DNA of 48,000 nucleotides from Rhizobium sp. Q54 (lineage in GTDB: Bacteria > Cyanobacteriota > Cyanobacteriia > Pseudanabaenales > Pseudanabaenaceae). Under the pieces are notes generated by a model. It saw only the letters and a program-made list of their open reading frames with translations, was not told where the DNA came from and ran no database searches. The position numbers and the translations under genes are program-made. The stretch is taken from assembly GCA_943367755.1 (NCBI GenBank), contig CALRKB020000022.1, positions 18,020 to 66,019 of the forward strand. Direction: 5' to 3'. Below are positions 1 to 10,100 of the stretch, piece by piece. Every line of letters begins with the position of its first letter. Position 1 is the first letter of the stretch.

Positions 1-2045
1 GCGGTAGCCGTGCTGATAATTCCGCTGGCCTTACCGTGCAGAATGCTCCTGCTTTTTATCAAGCCCTCTCTAAGGATCAAGCGATCACGGTGGTAGATGC
101 TAAATCTATGACCCAAGGTAGCGTTACCAACCGCGTGATGGAACAGTTTGGTGCGGTTTCGCTGATTGCGGCTCCGATTATGTTCCAATCAGAATTACTG
201 GGATTTCTTTCCGTGGAAGGAGACAGTGCACGCCTCTGGACTGACGAAGAACGTAATTTTGTTAAAGGAGCAGCGCAGCTAGTAGCACTGACTGCACCGC
301 TAGAAGAGATGGAAGTAACATTGCAGCGCATCGCTTCCGATCAACTTCTCACCGCCGGCATCGCCAGAGCAATCTATTCAGATGCGGACTGGCAGGAGTC
401 ATTACGCATAGCCTCTGAGCAGCTATGCCATCGGCTTGGGGTGGAAAGATTTTGGATAGCTAATTATAATAAGGACACGGAAGACTTCGAGATCTACTAT
501 CAATATCATCCCAAGAATCGGCGTCCTATTCCTGTTTCCATGGGACAACTCTCCCCTGTAGACTGGCAAATGATGGAACATTCACAAGAGACTGTGACGG
601 TGGAAAATGTTGAGAGCGATTTGAAGTTCCTATCGTGGCGTCCTCTTCTGATGGATCTGGAAGTGCGATCGCTGATGCTTAGCAGTACTGCGGTAGGAAG
701 GAATCTCGAAAGTATTTTAGCGATCGGCCACGAATCACCGCGAGCCTGGTCGCGTCCTGAACGAGAGATGTTGCAGGCCGTGGCGCAGCAGGTGGGCTTG
801 ATTGTCCATCAGGGTGAACTCCAAAATCAAGCAGACGATCGCAATAAACTGCATCAAGCGATTCAGTTTGGCCTAGTGGCCCTGCAACAAGCATCTACCC
901 TAGAGAAGTTGCATCCCTTAGCAACGCAAATGATGGCACAGGTAATGACGGCACCGCTGTCCGTACTGGTGACCTGGCTGCCCGGCAGATTAGGGGGGCA
1001 AATTGCTGCTAGTTTTACCAGCCATGATGACTTCAGGCTACAAGCTTACGACACGATGCTGGAGCTTGAGAACGATCCGCTAGTGCAGTGGTGCTTACAA
1101 ACTGAGGGCATCCTACCTTTGAGCGTACACGATCTACTGGAACCAACCCGTCAGTGGCTGAATGCGCCAGGTATCAGTCAAATCATCGCGATCGCTTTGC
1201 GTACCACACCAGACCAACAACCCACCGGTATGCTAATTGTGGCAGACAAACAAAGTCGTCGCTGGTTAGATCGGCATATGCAGGCTTTTATGATGCTGAC
1301 TAACCAACTGGCATGGTCGCGCCGTCACCTGGTTCTTGTGGAGAATTTGCAGCACCATCGCCGCGAACTAGAACGTCTAAACTGGTATAAGCAACGTCGG
1401 ATTGAAGATGTGTATCGTTCCGTGGGGAGCGGTGTGCAGCGCTTGATCGAAATAGAATCGCGCGGAGTTGAGAGTGGTGCCTTAGGTGGTATGCGCTTGC
1501 AGCACTCATTGAAACAGCTACAAGCCTCTCTGTCGCCCCTACCACAAATCATTGGCAAGGAGCAGTGGCGGCTGCGCTCAAATTACGAAACTGCGCCCCT
1601 AGCAGGTCTGCTGAAGCGAGCACTCGAACGAGTTGATGCTTTAATTAAGCAACGTCAAATCTGGTCACAAGTACACAATCACGCCAATGTGATTATTGGT
1701 GGAGATATTGCCAAGATTGAAATGATCGTGCACGAGCTGCTGCTATTCGCCTGTGGTCGTTCGGAAGTAGGCGGTAGAATCGATCTCTGGTGTCGTCAAA
1801 TTGACGAGAAATTGATGGAGTTATCGATTACTGACTATGGCGATATCGATGCCAATCTATTAGAAGCATTGCAGGCAGGCAGGATCCCAGATCTACTTGC
1901 TCCTTCCGTCTTAGATCAACCGCCGGGACTGCATTTGGCAATCTGCCAGCATCTGATGCAAGAAGCGGGTGGTGAATTATCGCTATACAAACTAGAAGAC
2001 GATCGCATCCTGAGTCGTCTTATTCTGCCTGTTTCTTCTTCCTAG
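1..2045 (+). CDS. GAF-domain sensor protein with a degenerate histidine-kinase-like C-terminus; the 5' end probably lies outside the window
   Basis: The frame stays open from the window edge through the GTG at 36, with the stop at 2045. GAF-like blocks are present (FGAVSLIAAPIMFQSELLGFLSVE, ILAIGHESPRAWSRPEREMLQAVAQQVGL, GMLIVADKQSRRW). The C-terminus has a HATPase-like block (IEMIVHELLLFACGRS, ITDYGDID, GLHLAICQHLMQEAGGELSL). Confidence 0.6.
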   Translation, partial: GSRADNSAGLTVQNAPAFYQALSKDQAITVVDAKSMTQGSVTNRVMEQFGAVSLIAAPIMFQSELLGFLSVEGDSARLWTDEERNFVKGAAQLVALTAPLEEMEVTLQRIASDQLLTAGIARAIYSDADWQESLRIASEQLCHRLGVERFWIANYNKDTEDFEIYYQYHPKNRRPIPVSMGQLSPVDWQMMEHSQETVTVENVESDLKFLSWRPLLMDLEVRSLMLSSTAVGRNLESILAIGHESPRAWSRPEREMLQAVAQQVGLIVHQGELQNQADDRNKLHQAIQFGLVALQQASTLEKLHPLATQMMAQVMTAPLSVLVTWLPGRLGGQIAASFTSHDDFRLQAYDTMLELENDPLVQWCLQTEGILPLSVHDLLEPTRQWLNAPGISQIIAIALRTTPDQQPTGMLIVADKQSRRWLDRHMQAFMMLTNQLAWSRRHLVLVENLQHHRRELERLNWYKQRRIEDVYRSVGSGVQRLIEIESRGVESGALGGMRLQHSLKQLQASLSPLPQIIGKEQWRLRSNYETAPLAGLLKRALERVDALIKQRQIWSQVHNHANVIIGGDIAKIEMIVHELLLFACGRSEVGGRIDLWCRQIDEKLMELSITDYGDIDANLLEALQAGRIPDLLAPSVLDQPPGLHLAICQHLMQEAGGELSLYKLEDDRILSRLILPVSSS

Positions 2046-2154
2046 GATACTTACTCCCCCGTTACACATAATATAGCGGTTTTCAAATGAGAAAAGCATG
2101 GCAAAATCAAGAGAAAAATGTCAAAAGGAATAACAATCTCTCAAGACTTGCGTC

Positions 2155-2585
2155 AGCGGGTAGGGCAGGCACATAGGTCTGCCCGTACAGATGAAAGCAG
2201 GTATAGATGTCAATTTAGCCACCTTAGTCGCCATATAGTTCGCGATCGAACTTATGAATGGCTTCCATATCGTAGGGATTCTCAGATTGAGTTTCCTGGA
2301 TCTTTGTTGTTTTGTCGAAAGGGTCACCTGTCTCAGTTTTTGCGCTGCCTCCTTGGTTTCCCAGAGTATTTTCTGGACTGGGGATCGCTTTGTCCTTGCT
2401 ATTATCTCTAATCTCAGCGGATGAGGGTTGAGCGATCTCTGGGACTGAAGCCGCTTGAGCGAATAAGGGATTGCTAAAAGTAACTGCGATCGCGAGTATA
2501 GTCAAAGCCACAAATCGCAGAGTTATTTGCCAAAAAGATTTCAACATGGCATTTGCGTGGGTTTTGTGTATGAGCTTTTATCTAA
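2155..2585. repeat. Left copy of a ~430-bp inverted repeat (partner at 36232..36660)
   Basis: The reverse complement of 2155..2585 aligns by eye with 36232..36660 with scattered mismatches only. It covers the 107-aa ORF, about 40 bp upstream and about 70 bp downstream, including a GGGCAG(G/A)C-N6-GTCTGCCC hairpin. Confidence 0.85.
2224..2547 (-). CDS. Small secreted protein of unknown function (paralogue A)
   Basis: 107-aa ORF with a signal-peptide-like N-terminus (MLKSFWQITLRFVALTILAIAVTFSNPLFAQA). A second copy lies at 36269..36592. The two CDSs differ at 11 nt, 8 of them synonymous, which argues that both are real coding genes. Confidence 0.65.
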   Translation of the reverse strand: MLKSFWQITLRFVALTILAIAVTFSNPLFAQAASVPEIAQPSSAEIRDNSKDKAIPSPENTLGNQGGSAKTETGDPFDKTTKIQETQSENPYDMEAIHKFDRELYGD

Positions 2586-2667
2586 AGCCTTATCAAAGAT
2601 TGTAACTCAGTCTGATATGGCTGGAGAAATTATGACACCAGCATTAGCGATTCATGCCACCTTGAGT

Positions 2668-4830
2668 CTATGGTAACCCGAAGAATTTTTTGATGACAGG
2701 CAATAGCTTGACACCTGCCACAACCAAAGAAGTAGTTTTAGGCAATGCATCGACAATGCGTTTCAAGGCTCTCATCGCTTTTGCTGCCAGTCCTTGTTTC
2801 TCCTCTTCTTTTGGATGCGTCACTGCTTTTGCTAAAGCTGCGACCTGTTCGAGGGCATCTGCTTTATCCTCGTTGCTCATCTGTGGATCGGCATCAATCG
2901 CCTCTTGCAGTTGGGTTAACAACGCTTTGATGCCTGGTTCGTCAGATTTGGGATCGTCTGGTAACTGATTAATCGTGTTGGCAACACTACCGCTAATCTC
3001 ACCCAAGTTGACGGTCGAACCCGTAACGTTACCACCAATATTGACATTGCGGCTTTGGTCGATACTATCACTCATAGATTTACTCTCTGCTGTAGCTTTT
3101 ACATCAACACTAACAGGAACAGTAACGGGTCTGGCAGCTAAAAGGGTAACAATTTCTTTCATGTCTACACTTTGCTGGCGATAGATCACGATCTGATCGT
3201 CTTTAGCCTTCAATTCCGATTGATATTTCGCTTCGAGAGCCTTAAGCGCAACCTCATAATTTTCGGTAAACTCGCTATGAATCTTGGCTTTGTTGGCATC
3301 GGGTGGCACGTTCACTTTAACTACAACAACCCCATCACCCTTATTCTCAATACTCTGAATTGATAGTTCGATATCTTCATTGCCAACTTGCACCTTTTGG
3401 AATGAGTAGGTGAAAGCTTTCCAGTCAATACCATTGCGGAAGATGAGATCGACAGTATTAAAAACCTCTTCAAATAGCTTGGTAAATTCGCCTGGAGCAA
3501 AGCTCCCACTACTAGGGCGACGTTCTTGCTGACCGTTGAGCAAATAAGCATACTCGCAGATTGCGCCGTCGAGCTTTGTGGTGCTGTCAATATTCCAAGC
3601 CTCTAGACAAGCTCCTGTAAGATTTGCTGCGTTAAAATTAGCTCCCAATGCTTGGGTTTTCGTCAGGTTCGTGCATTCCAAACTAGCTCCCTGCAAAGTA
3701 GCTTCGCTGATATCAGCCTCAGATAAATTTGCATCGCTCAGATCAGCTCTATCCAGATTTGCACCCTTTAAATTTAGACTCGCGAAAGATATCTTGCTAC
3801 CTTGCAAAGACACAACTAAATCCCGAACCAGTGGGTTAAACAAGATCGTGCCACCAAATCTAGCTCGGTCAGATTTTCTAGCATAAGAAAAGCGCGTACG
3901 AGTTAAAATAGCTCTTTGGAAATCCGTACTCTTGAGCCATACTCCCGTAAAATTAGCTCCAGTTAAATCTGTATCGCGAAAGCTCGTACCGCCAATTGCA
4001 GCAAAGTCCAAAGCAGTTTCGAGAATGAGATTGAACTTGGGATCTCTCTCCCAAGCTCGCCAAGCGGTATAAATGGATAAAACGATCACGCCCCCAACTA
4101 CACATTTAGCCAACGAAGAAAAAGGCTCTGACTTCTCAGCCAAAAACTCAGGAAAAATTGAGATCAAAGACAAAAAAGAAGATGCCCAATTCCTATCAGC
4201 CCAATACAAAGCTACATTTACAACAACAATAACATTGCCAACTAAAACCAAACTCAAAAACTCAAACCGCCCCCATGCCTCAACTACAGGTAATAGTCCT
4301 ACTATAGTTATAGCTCCAGCTCCAGCAATAGCAATAGCAATAATTTCAGCTCCATTTCCAGCTAAAGTAAAAACCATAGCCTGTGCTATATCAGCAGTAT
4401 CGCCTACAACCTCAGTTATAGCTATAGACCAAATCAAAGCCCCAGCCCAAGCCAAAGTAATAGTACGAAATGTAGCTGTTGTATAGCCTTGAATTGTGAT
4501 TGCTAGAAATGAAACAAAAAAAGTAATTAGAGTAGTAATTGCCACATGCATTGGCATGATTTCGAAAAAATATAATACGAAGAATCCTACGGCTACACAA
4601 AAGAACCATAAAAAGTTTGATATTATGCAAAAAGTAATGAGATTCAAAGTTATCCATCGCTTTTGCAGTCCTGCTTTCGCCCCCGTAAAGTTCGCATCTC
4701 TGAGTTTCGCTCCCGTGAAGTTCGCGCCTCGGATGTCGGCATAGCTGAAGTTCGCACCTGAGAGATCCTGTTTTTTAAAGTTGCGCCCGAGCAGATTCTG
4801 TCCCGCAAAGTTTTTGGCTGTGTCTGACAT
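2668..4830 (-). CDS. Pentapeptide-repeat membrane protein
   Basis: 720-aa ORF. N-terminal A(D/N)LxG-type pentapeptide repeats (LSGANFSYADIRGANFTGAKLRDANFTGAK), then a multi-helix hydrophobic block (aa ~60-260), then a second long pentapeptide tract (ANLDRADLSDANLSEADISEATLQGASLECTNLTKTQALGANFNAANLTGA). Confidence 0.85.
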   Translation of the reverse strand: MSDTAKNFAGQNLLGRNFKKQDLSGANFSYADIRGANFTGAKLRDANFTGAKAGLQKRWITLNLITFCIISNFLWFFCVAVGFFVLYFFEIMPMHVAITTLITFFVSFLAITIQGYTTATFRTITLAWAGALIWSIAITEVVGDTADIAQAMVFTLAGNGAEIIAIAIAGAGAITIVGLLPVVEAWGRFEFLSLVLVGNVIVVVNVALYWADRNWASSFLSLISIFPEFLAEKSEPFSSLAKCVVGGVIVLSIYTAWRAWERDPKFNLILETALDFAAIGGTSFRDTDLTGANFTGVWLKSTDFQRAILTRTRFSYARKSDRARFGGTILFNPLVRDLVVSLQGSKISFASLNLKGANLDRADLSDANLSEADISEATLQGASLECTNLTKTQALGANFNAANLTGACLEAWNIDSTTKLDGAICEYAYLLNGQQERRPSSGSFAPGEFTKLFEEVFNTVDLIFRNGIDWKAFTYSFQKVQVGNEDIELSIQSIENKGDGVVVVKVNVPPDANKAKIHSEFTENYEVALKALEAKYQSELKAKDDQIVIYRQQSVDMKEIVTLLAARPVTVPVSVDVKATAESKSMSDSIDQSRNVNIGGNVTGSTVNLGEISGSVANTINQLPDDPKSDEPGIKALLTQLQEAIDADPQMSNEDKADALEQVAALAKAVTHPKEEEKQGLAAKAMRALKRIVDALPKTTSLVVAGVKLLPVIKKFFGLP

Positions 4831-5047
4831 GGCAGCAACGGTAGAGGTGTTGTGCCAATTCTACAGGATTTGACGATTGATGCTTACGGTAGACCTCACG
4901 ACGATGACCAACCTGCACGACAAAAATTAAAAGCAGGCGATCCTTACAAGACTTATAAACTTAGTTCAGATCTAAGTGCTTCCCAAGAGACAGTTCCTTC
5001 CCTCTCGATCTCGGTTTTGGCTGCTATAACTATCCTACTTCATAACT

Positions 5048-5407
5048 TTAGCTCACCCCTACCTCAGCAGTTATGACAGGATCGTTCATCTCATGCATAT
5101 CTGCTTGGCAAACAGTGACAGTTAGCCTAAGTCCTAAAGCATTTAACCAATTATTCAACTTGTAAATCCCCAAACTCCCCAAATCAGACAACACCGCGTC
5201 TAGTTCTTGTTGACGTTGTTTAGCTTGTTCTGAAGACTCGCCTAGAGCTTCAGCCACATGACTGAGTGCAAGTTTGAGTAGTTCTGGTTCTGGTTCTTGC
5301 TCTTCTAAATGAGTTTCAAGGTAGACAGCAGCATAGTTAGGATCTTTAAGATTTGAAATCAGGAAGTCATGATAACTATCACTTGTTGGTGCGATCGCGT
5401 TCTTCAT
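5048..5407 (-). CDS. Antitoxin of a HigBA-like pair (addiction-module antidote / DNA-binding family)
   Basis: 119-aa ORF immediately downstream of the toxin ORF and overlapping it by 29 nt. The N-terminal segment FLISNLKDPNYAAVYLETHLEE resembles the antidote family that pairs with this toxin type. Confidence 0.6.
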   Translation of the reverse strand: MKNAIAPTSDSYHDFLISNLKDPNYAAVYLETHLEEQEPEPELLKLALSHVAEALGESSEQAKQRQQELDAVLSDLGSLGIYKLNNWLNALGLRLTVTVCQADMHEMNDPVITAEVGVS

Positions 5408-5723
5408 AGTCAGTCCAATACTCCTTAGCTTTCCGTATATCTCTAGCTTGCGTACTTTTGTCTCCTCCGCAAAGAAGAATTACTATCATCGTACCAACTT
5501 GCCCAAAGTAGATGCGATAGCCCGGACCATAATCTATTCTTAGTTCATATACACCTAATCCCACCGACTGGCAATCACCCAAGTTACCTTGACTAACTCT
5601 GTCAAGCCTTTTATTGACAACAGTTTTCGTTTTAATATCTCGAAGGGAGTCAAACCATTCTGCAAAAGGTGCCTTTCCATACCTAGTGAGATAACGCCTG
5701 ATTTCTTTGGGCTGCGATGCCAT
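5379..5723 (-). CDS. Type II toxin, RelE/ParE superfamily (HigB-like addiction-module killer)
   Basis: 114-aa ORF with APFAEWFDSLRD, YELRIDYGPGYRIYF and ILLCGGDKSTQARDIRKAKEYW, the pattern I recognise for this toxin family. The toxin-first gene order is as in HigBA. Confidence 0.75.
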   Translation of the reverse strand: MASQPKEIRRYLTRYGKAPFAEWFDSLRDIKTKTVVNKRLDRVSQGNLGDCQSVGLGVYELRIDYGPGYRIYFGQVGTMIVILLCGGDKSTQARDIRKAKEYWTDYEERDRTNK

Positions 5724-5833
5724 ACCAGAGAATCTCCTTAAAGGACAATCGTCTCCCAGATGCTAATCGGGCTAAACCAAAGCTCGGTTGTTGAGTTTAC
5801 GTTTACCCAACAATTTCATCATATTGTGTTTTG

Positions 5834-7147
5834 TTAAATCTGATCTGCGAGTTCAACTTCCACAAACCGCAGGCGGGGATACTGGTAGGCAATTACAGGT
5901 AACAGCATCGATAAGGCTCCCAAAATCACAAACAGCAGCCCAATACCTCGACCAGGGCCAACACCAATGATTTGGCCGATGCTTCCTGCTAGAGCGCCAT
6001 TTGCCGCCATTAATGGCTCGAATACGCGGTCTGCTAACGGCCCCGCCATGATATAGGCGATCGGCTGTAAGAAATTAATCGTCATTCCTTCCAATGCAAA
6101 CACCCTGCCTTGAACTTCGGCGGCAACTTTCCGCTGCAAAATGACCTGGCTACAGCAATTCACAATTGGCGAGCCCAGCGCGAATAAGAAGGCAGCCACA
6201 GCTACTAGGGGGACAGAAGCACGTAACCCAGTCGCCGCAATACACAAACCACCCAGCATTTGAAACCCTAAGATGCTGCTAATTTGGTTTGATGGTCCGC
6301 CCCTAGTACTAATTAAGAGCGTACTGACGAGCATCCCAACCCCATCAATGAAAAGAATCGTACCGAGAGCAGCCGGAGATGCAAAAGAGAGAATGAGAGG
6401 CGTTAGCAACACGCTAATAATTGCCAGCAGGAAGTTGGCGACGGCGAAAAAGATAATTAACCCTAATAGTCCAGGTCGAGCCTTGACATACTTTAATCCG
6501 TAGGTAAACTCGTTCAGCATTGAATCTTTTTTGACTTCCACTTCCTCTGGATCGTCAGTTTTAATCTTCGGAAATCGCACAATCGATAAGGTAACAATCG
6601 AACAAAGGAAGGTAATAAAGTCAACTAATAGAACCCCTTGCAACTGAATCGTTACGAGTAATGCACCGCCGAGGATGGGGGGAATCAATAATTTTAGGGC
6701 ATCGGCTAGTTGGGTCAGACCGTTAGCACGAGTGAGATACTCTTTGGGTACTAACTGGGGAATGGCCGCGTTATAGGCTGGCCACTGCAAGCTGCCAAAG
6801 GTGGAACTGAAGGCGACAGCAATATAGACATGCCAGACTTCCAACCGACCAGAAAATAAGAGGATGGCGATCGCCAGCATACTCAAACCTGCACCGCAAT
6901 CGCTAATCATCATGCAATAGCGACGATTCCAACGATCTGCTAGAGCACCAGCCAGTGGGACAACCAACAACGGCGGCAGCGAACCAAATAGGAAAGCGAT
7001 CGCAAACTGGGTTACCGATCCAGTTTTTTGGTAGACCCAGACATCGAGGGCAAAACTGCTAAGACCAGAACCGACCATCGACACCATCTGTCCAAACCAG
7101 ACGAGCATAAACACTCGCATTTTGGTTTTGATGCCGTGCTTAATCAT
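5834..7147 (-). CDS. MFS transporter (EntS/MFS_3-like exporter), last gene of the NRPS operon
   Basis: 437-aa highly hydrophobic ORF with ~12 predicted helices and the MFS motif-A-like GALADRWNRR. Its ATG overlaps the NRPS stop (8-nt overlap at 7140..7147). Confidence 0.85.
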   Translation of the reverse strand: MIKHGIKTKMRVFMLVWFGQMVSMVGSGLSSFALDVWVYQKTGSVTQFAIAFLFGSLPPLLVVPLAGALADRWNRRYCMMISDCGAGLSMLAIAILLFSGRLEVWHVYIAVAFSSTFGSLQWPAYNAAIPQLVPKEYLTRANGLTQLADALKLLIPPILGGALLVTIQLQGVLLVDFITFLCSIVTLSIVRFPKIKTDDPEEVEVKKDSMLNEFTYGLKYVKARPGLLGLIIFFAVANFLLAIISVLLTPLILSFASPAALGTILFIDGVGMLVSTLLISTRGGPSNQISSILGFQMLGGLCIAATGLRASVPLVAVAAFLFALGSPIVNCCSQVILQRKVAAEVQGRVFALEGMTINFLQPIAYIMAGPLADRVFEPLMAANGALAGSIGQIIGVGPGRGIGLLFVILGALSMLLPVIAYQYPRLRFVEVELADQI

Positions 7148-10100
7148 TTTGGTTTCCTCGATTAATAGTCTGGGATGCTGCGAGACAAACTTGGAGCTTG
7201 TCAGCTAAAACTAGAACGTTGGGTTTGGTCACCATCGTGTGGTGGTCGCCAGGGATCCAGTGAACGTCTACTCCTTTAGTGGCCAACTTTTGCCAACCAG
7301 CGATCGCTTCTAAAGAATCTGACGCTATCCCTCCCTCAGCAAGGAAGAGATCGACTTTGCCGCCATAGAGCTGAGGATTGTAGTCATTGGCAGCGAGGAT
7401 GTGACCTTTGAATACCTGGAGGAGTCTTTGAGCTTGAACGACATCCAATTCAGGCGGGATTCCCAAGATCGCACCATTTTTGCGTGCGAGTAACTCTTCG
7501 AGAAAATCCACATCGTCGGCTTCATTTAATTCTTCGTATTCGGTAAACGGCGATGTATCTAGCAATACGATCGAAGATACTTCCTGTCCTTGAGCTTGGA
7601 GTTGCTGGGCAATCTCGAAGGCCACCAGCCCACCGAAACTCCAGCCACCAATCTGGTAGGGCCCCTGTGATTGAACAGTCTGCATCACTTGGATGTAATA
7701 AGCTGCCATGTCTTCCACCTTGGTGTGCAGATGCTGTTCCTCATCCAAGTCTAGGGATTCTAGTCCGTAGACTGGTTGGTCTGGGTCTAAATTACGCGCT
7801 AACTCCAGATAGGAGAGCACGGTGCCACCGCCGGGATGGACGAAAAATAAAGGCGGTTTGGTGCCATCGGGATGGAGTGGCATTAAAGTGGATAGGAAAG
7901 GAGAAGCTGTGGTAGTGGAGCGAATAATCTGTGCCAGATGTGCGATTGTTGCCCCTTGAAAGAGGGTGGCGAGGGAGAGCTTCTTGCCAAATTGCTGCTG
8001 AATTCGTGCCATCAAACTTACTGCTAAAAGCGAATGACCGCCGAGGTTAAAAAAGTTGTCTCGAACACCGATTGGACTTACATGTAGCACCTCTTCCCAA
8101 ATCTGCATTAATTGGAGTTCTAGGGCATCACTAGGGGGCACAAAGGTATCGCTAGTTCCCAGATCTGGTACGGGTAGAGCTTTGCGATCGACTTTGCCAT
8201 TGGGAGTGAGAGGGATCCGATCTAGAAAGACAAATGCCCCAGGTACCATATAATCTGGTAGTTTGTGGTTGAGGAAATCGCGCAAGTAGTTAATTGTCAG
8301 TGCTTGGTTAGAGACTATATAGGCGACTAAATACTTATTTCCTGGTTTATCTTCTCTATCGATAACTTTTACTGCTTGGATATCAGGATGTTGTGTCAGT
8401 ACTGCTTCAATTTCTCCCAACTCAATGCGGAAACCGCGAATCTTTACCTGGTAATCGATCCGACCCAGGAATTCGATATTACCGTCGGGAAGATAACGGG
8501 CATTATCCCCAGTTTTGTATAAGTGGGCAGATATAGTGGGATTAAATGGATTGTCTATGAAAGCTTGCCGTGTGAGTACCAGATCGTCCAAATAACCGCG
8601 TCCGACCCCAGCCCCACCAACATAGAGTTCGCCTGCTACACCAATTGGAACGGGTTGTAGTTGCATGTCGAGGATGTATAGTTGGGTATTTGCGATCGGA
8701 CGACCGATTGGTAGATTGAGGATTTCCGGTGCTGGTGCTCGATCGATTGGATAATGAGTGACATCATCGGAACATTCCGTCGGACCATAAGCATTCAGCA
8801 TGGGAATCTTGGGATAGTATTCTAACCACTGACGGCATAACTGGGGTGGTAATGTTTCACCCGTGAGTATTAACCACCGCAAAGATAGTCTCGGTAGGCT
8901 TGTACTGAGTTCGATGTATTGGAGGATCGCCCGTAACAGGGAGGGAACAATCTCTAGAATGGAAATATGCTGGTGCTCTACGAAGGAGAGTAACTGAGCT
9001 GGGTCGGCAGCAGTTTCGGTACTGACAATCTCGACTCTTGCGCCGACTAGCAAGGGAATCAGAAACTGCCAAATACTAATATCAAAGGTTTGAGCGGCTG
9101 TTTGGGCGACGATATCATGAGCAGTTAATCCCAAATCTTTCACTTTTGCATATAAATGATTCAACATTCCCTGATGTTCGAGCATCGCTCCTTTGGGCTT
9201 TCCGGTGGAGCCAGAGGTGTAAATAACATAAGCCAGGTTGGACGGAGAACAGCGAACAGGTAGGTTTTCACTGGAGTAATATTCTGTATTGAGCTGATGG
9301 AAATCTATCAATTGTGGTGAATTATCGAGGCTATTAGCGATCGCTGCCAACATTGATGTCCAAGAGCTAGATGTCAAGATTAACGACACTTGACTTTGTG
9401 ATATTACTTGCTGAATGCGTTCGGCTGGGTGATGGGGATTGAGCGGCAGGTATGCCCCACCCGCTTTAAACACTGCCAACATTGCGGTGAGGAAGTCGGG
9501 ATTGCGATCGCTCACCAAAGCCACGATCGTTTCCGCACCCACACCCAGCTCCACTAAATGTCTTGCCCATTGATTCGCCCGGACGTTTAATTGTTGATAG
9601 GTGAGGTGTCGATCTCCAAAGCTAACCGCGATCGCATCGGGAGTGCGGGCAACTTGCGCTTCGAATAACTGTGGGAAACACCGATCTAAGGGATAATCAG
9701 CTTGAGTTTGATTCCATGTTTCAACGATTTGCTGCTGTTCGATCGCACTCAAGATAGGTAATTGGGCAACTCGCTGCTGAGGATTAGCAACAATACTTTC
9801 AAGCAAAGTCTGAAAATTGACTGCCAGGCGCTCGATGGTACTGCGATCGAACAAATCCGTCTTGTATTCCCAACCGCACACCAATCCTGACTCTGATGAT
9901 TGAATGGATAGTGTGAGATCGAACTTAGCATTAATATTCTCTAACTCTAGGGGCTCAATCTGGAGTCCAGGTAGTTCCAATTTGCCGCTTGGTGTATTCT
10001 CCATTTCAAACATCACCTGAAACAGGGGTGAATAGCTCAGAGAACGCTCTGGCTGCAGTTCTTCGACTAATTTCTCGAAAGGTAAATCCTGGTGTTCGTA

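Noticed and set aside
4073-4486. 137-aa plus-strand ORF, together with the many other 60-140-aa ORFs inside the pentapeptide, NRPS, pepA, YcaO, MCO and radical SAM genes
   Set aside because: These are antisense or out-of-frame shadows of long, motif-supported genes. They have no recognisable motifs and no ribosome-binding sites.
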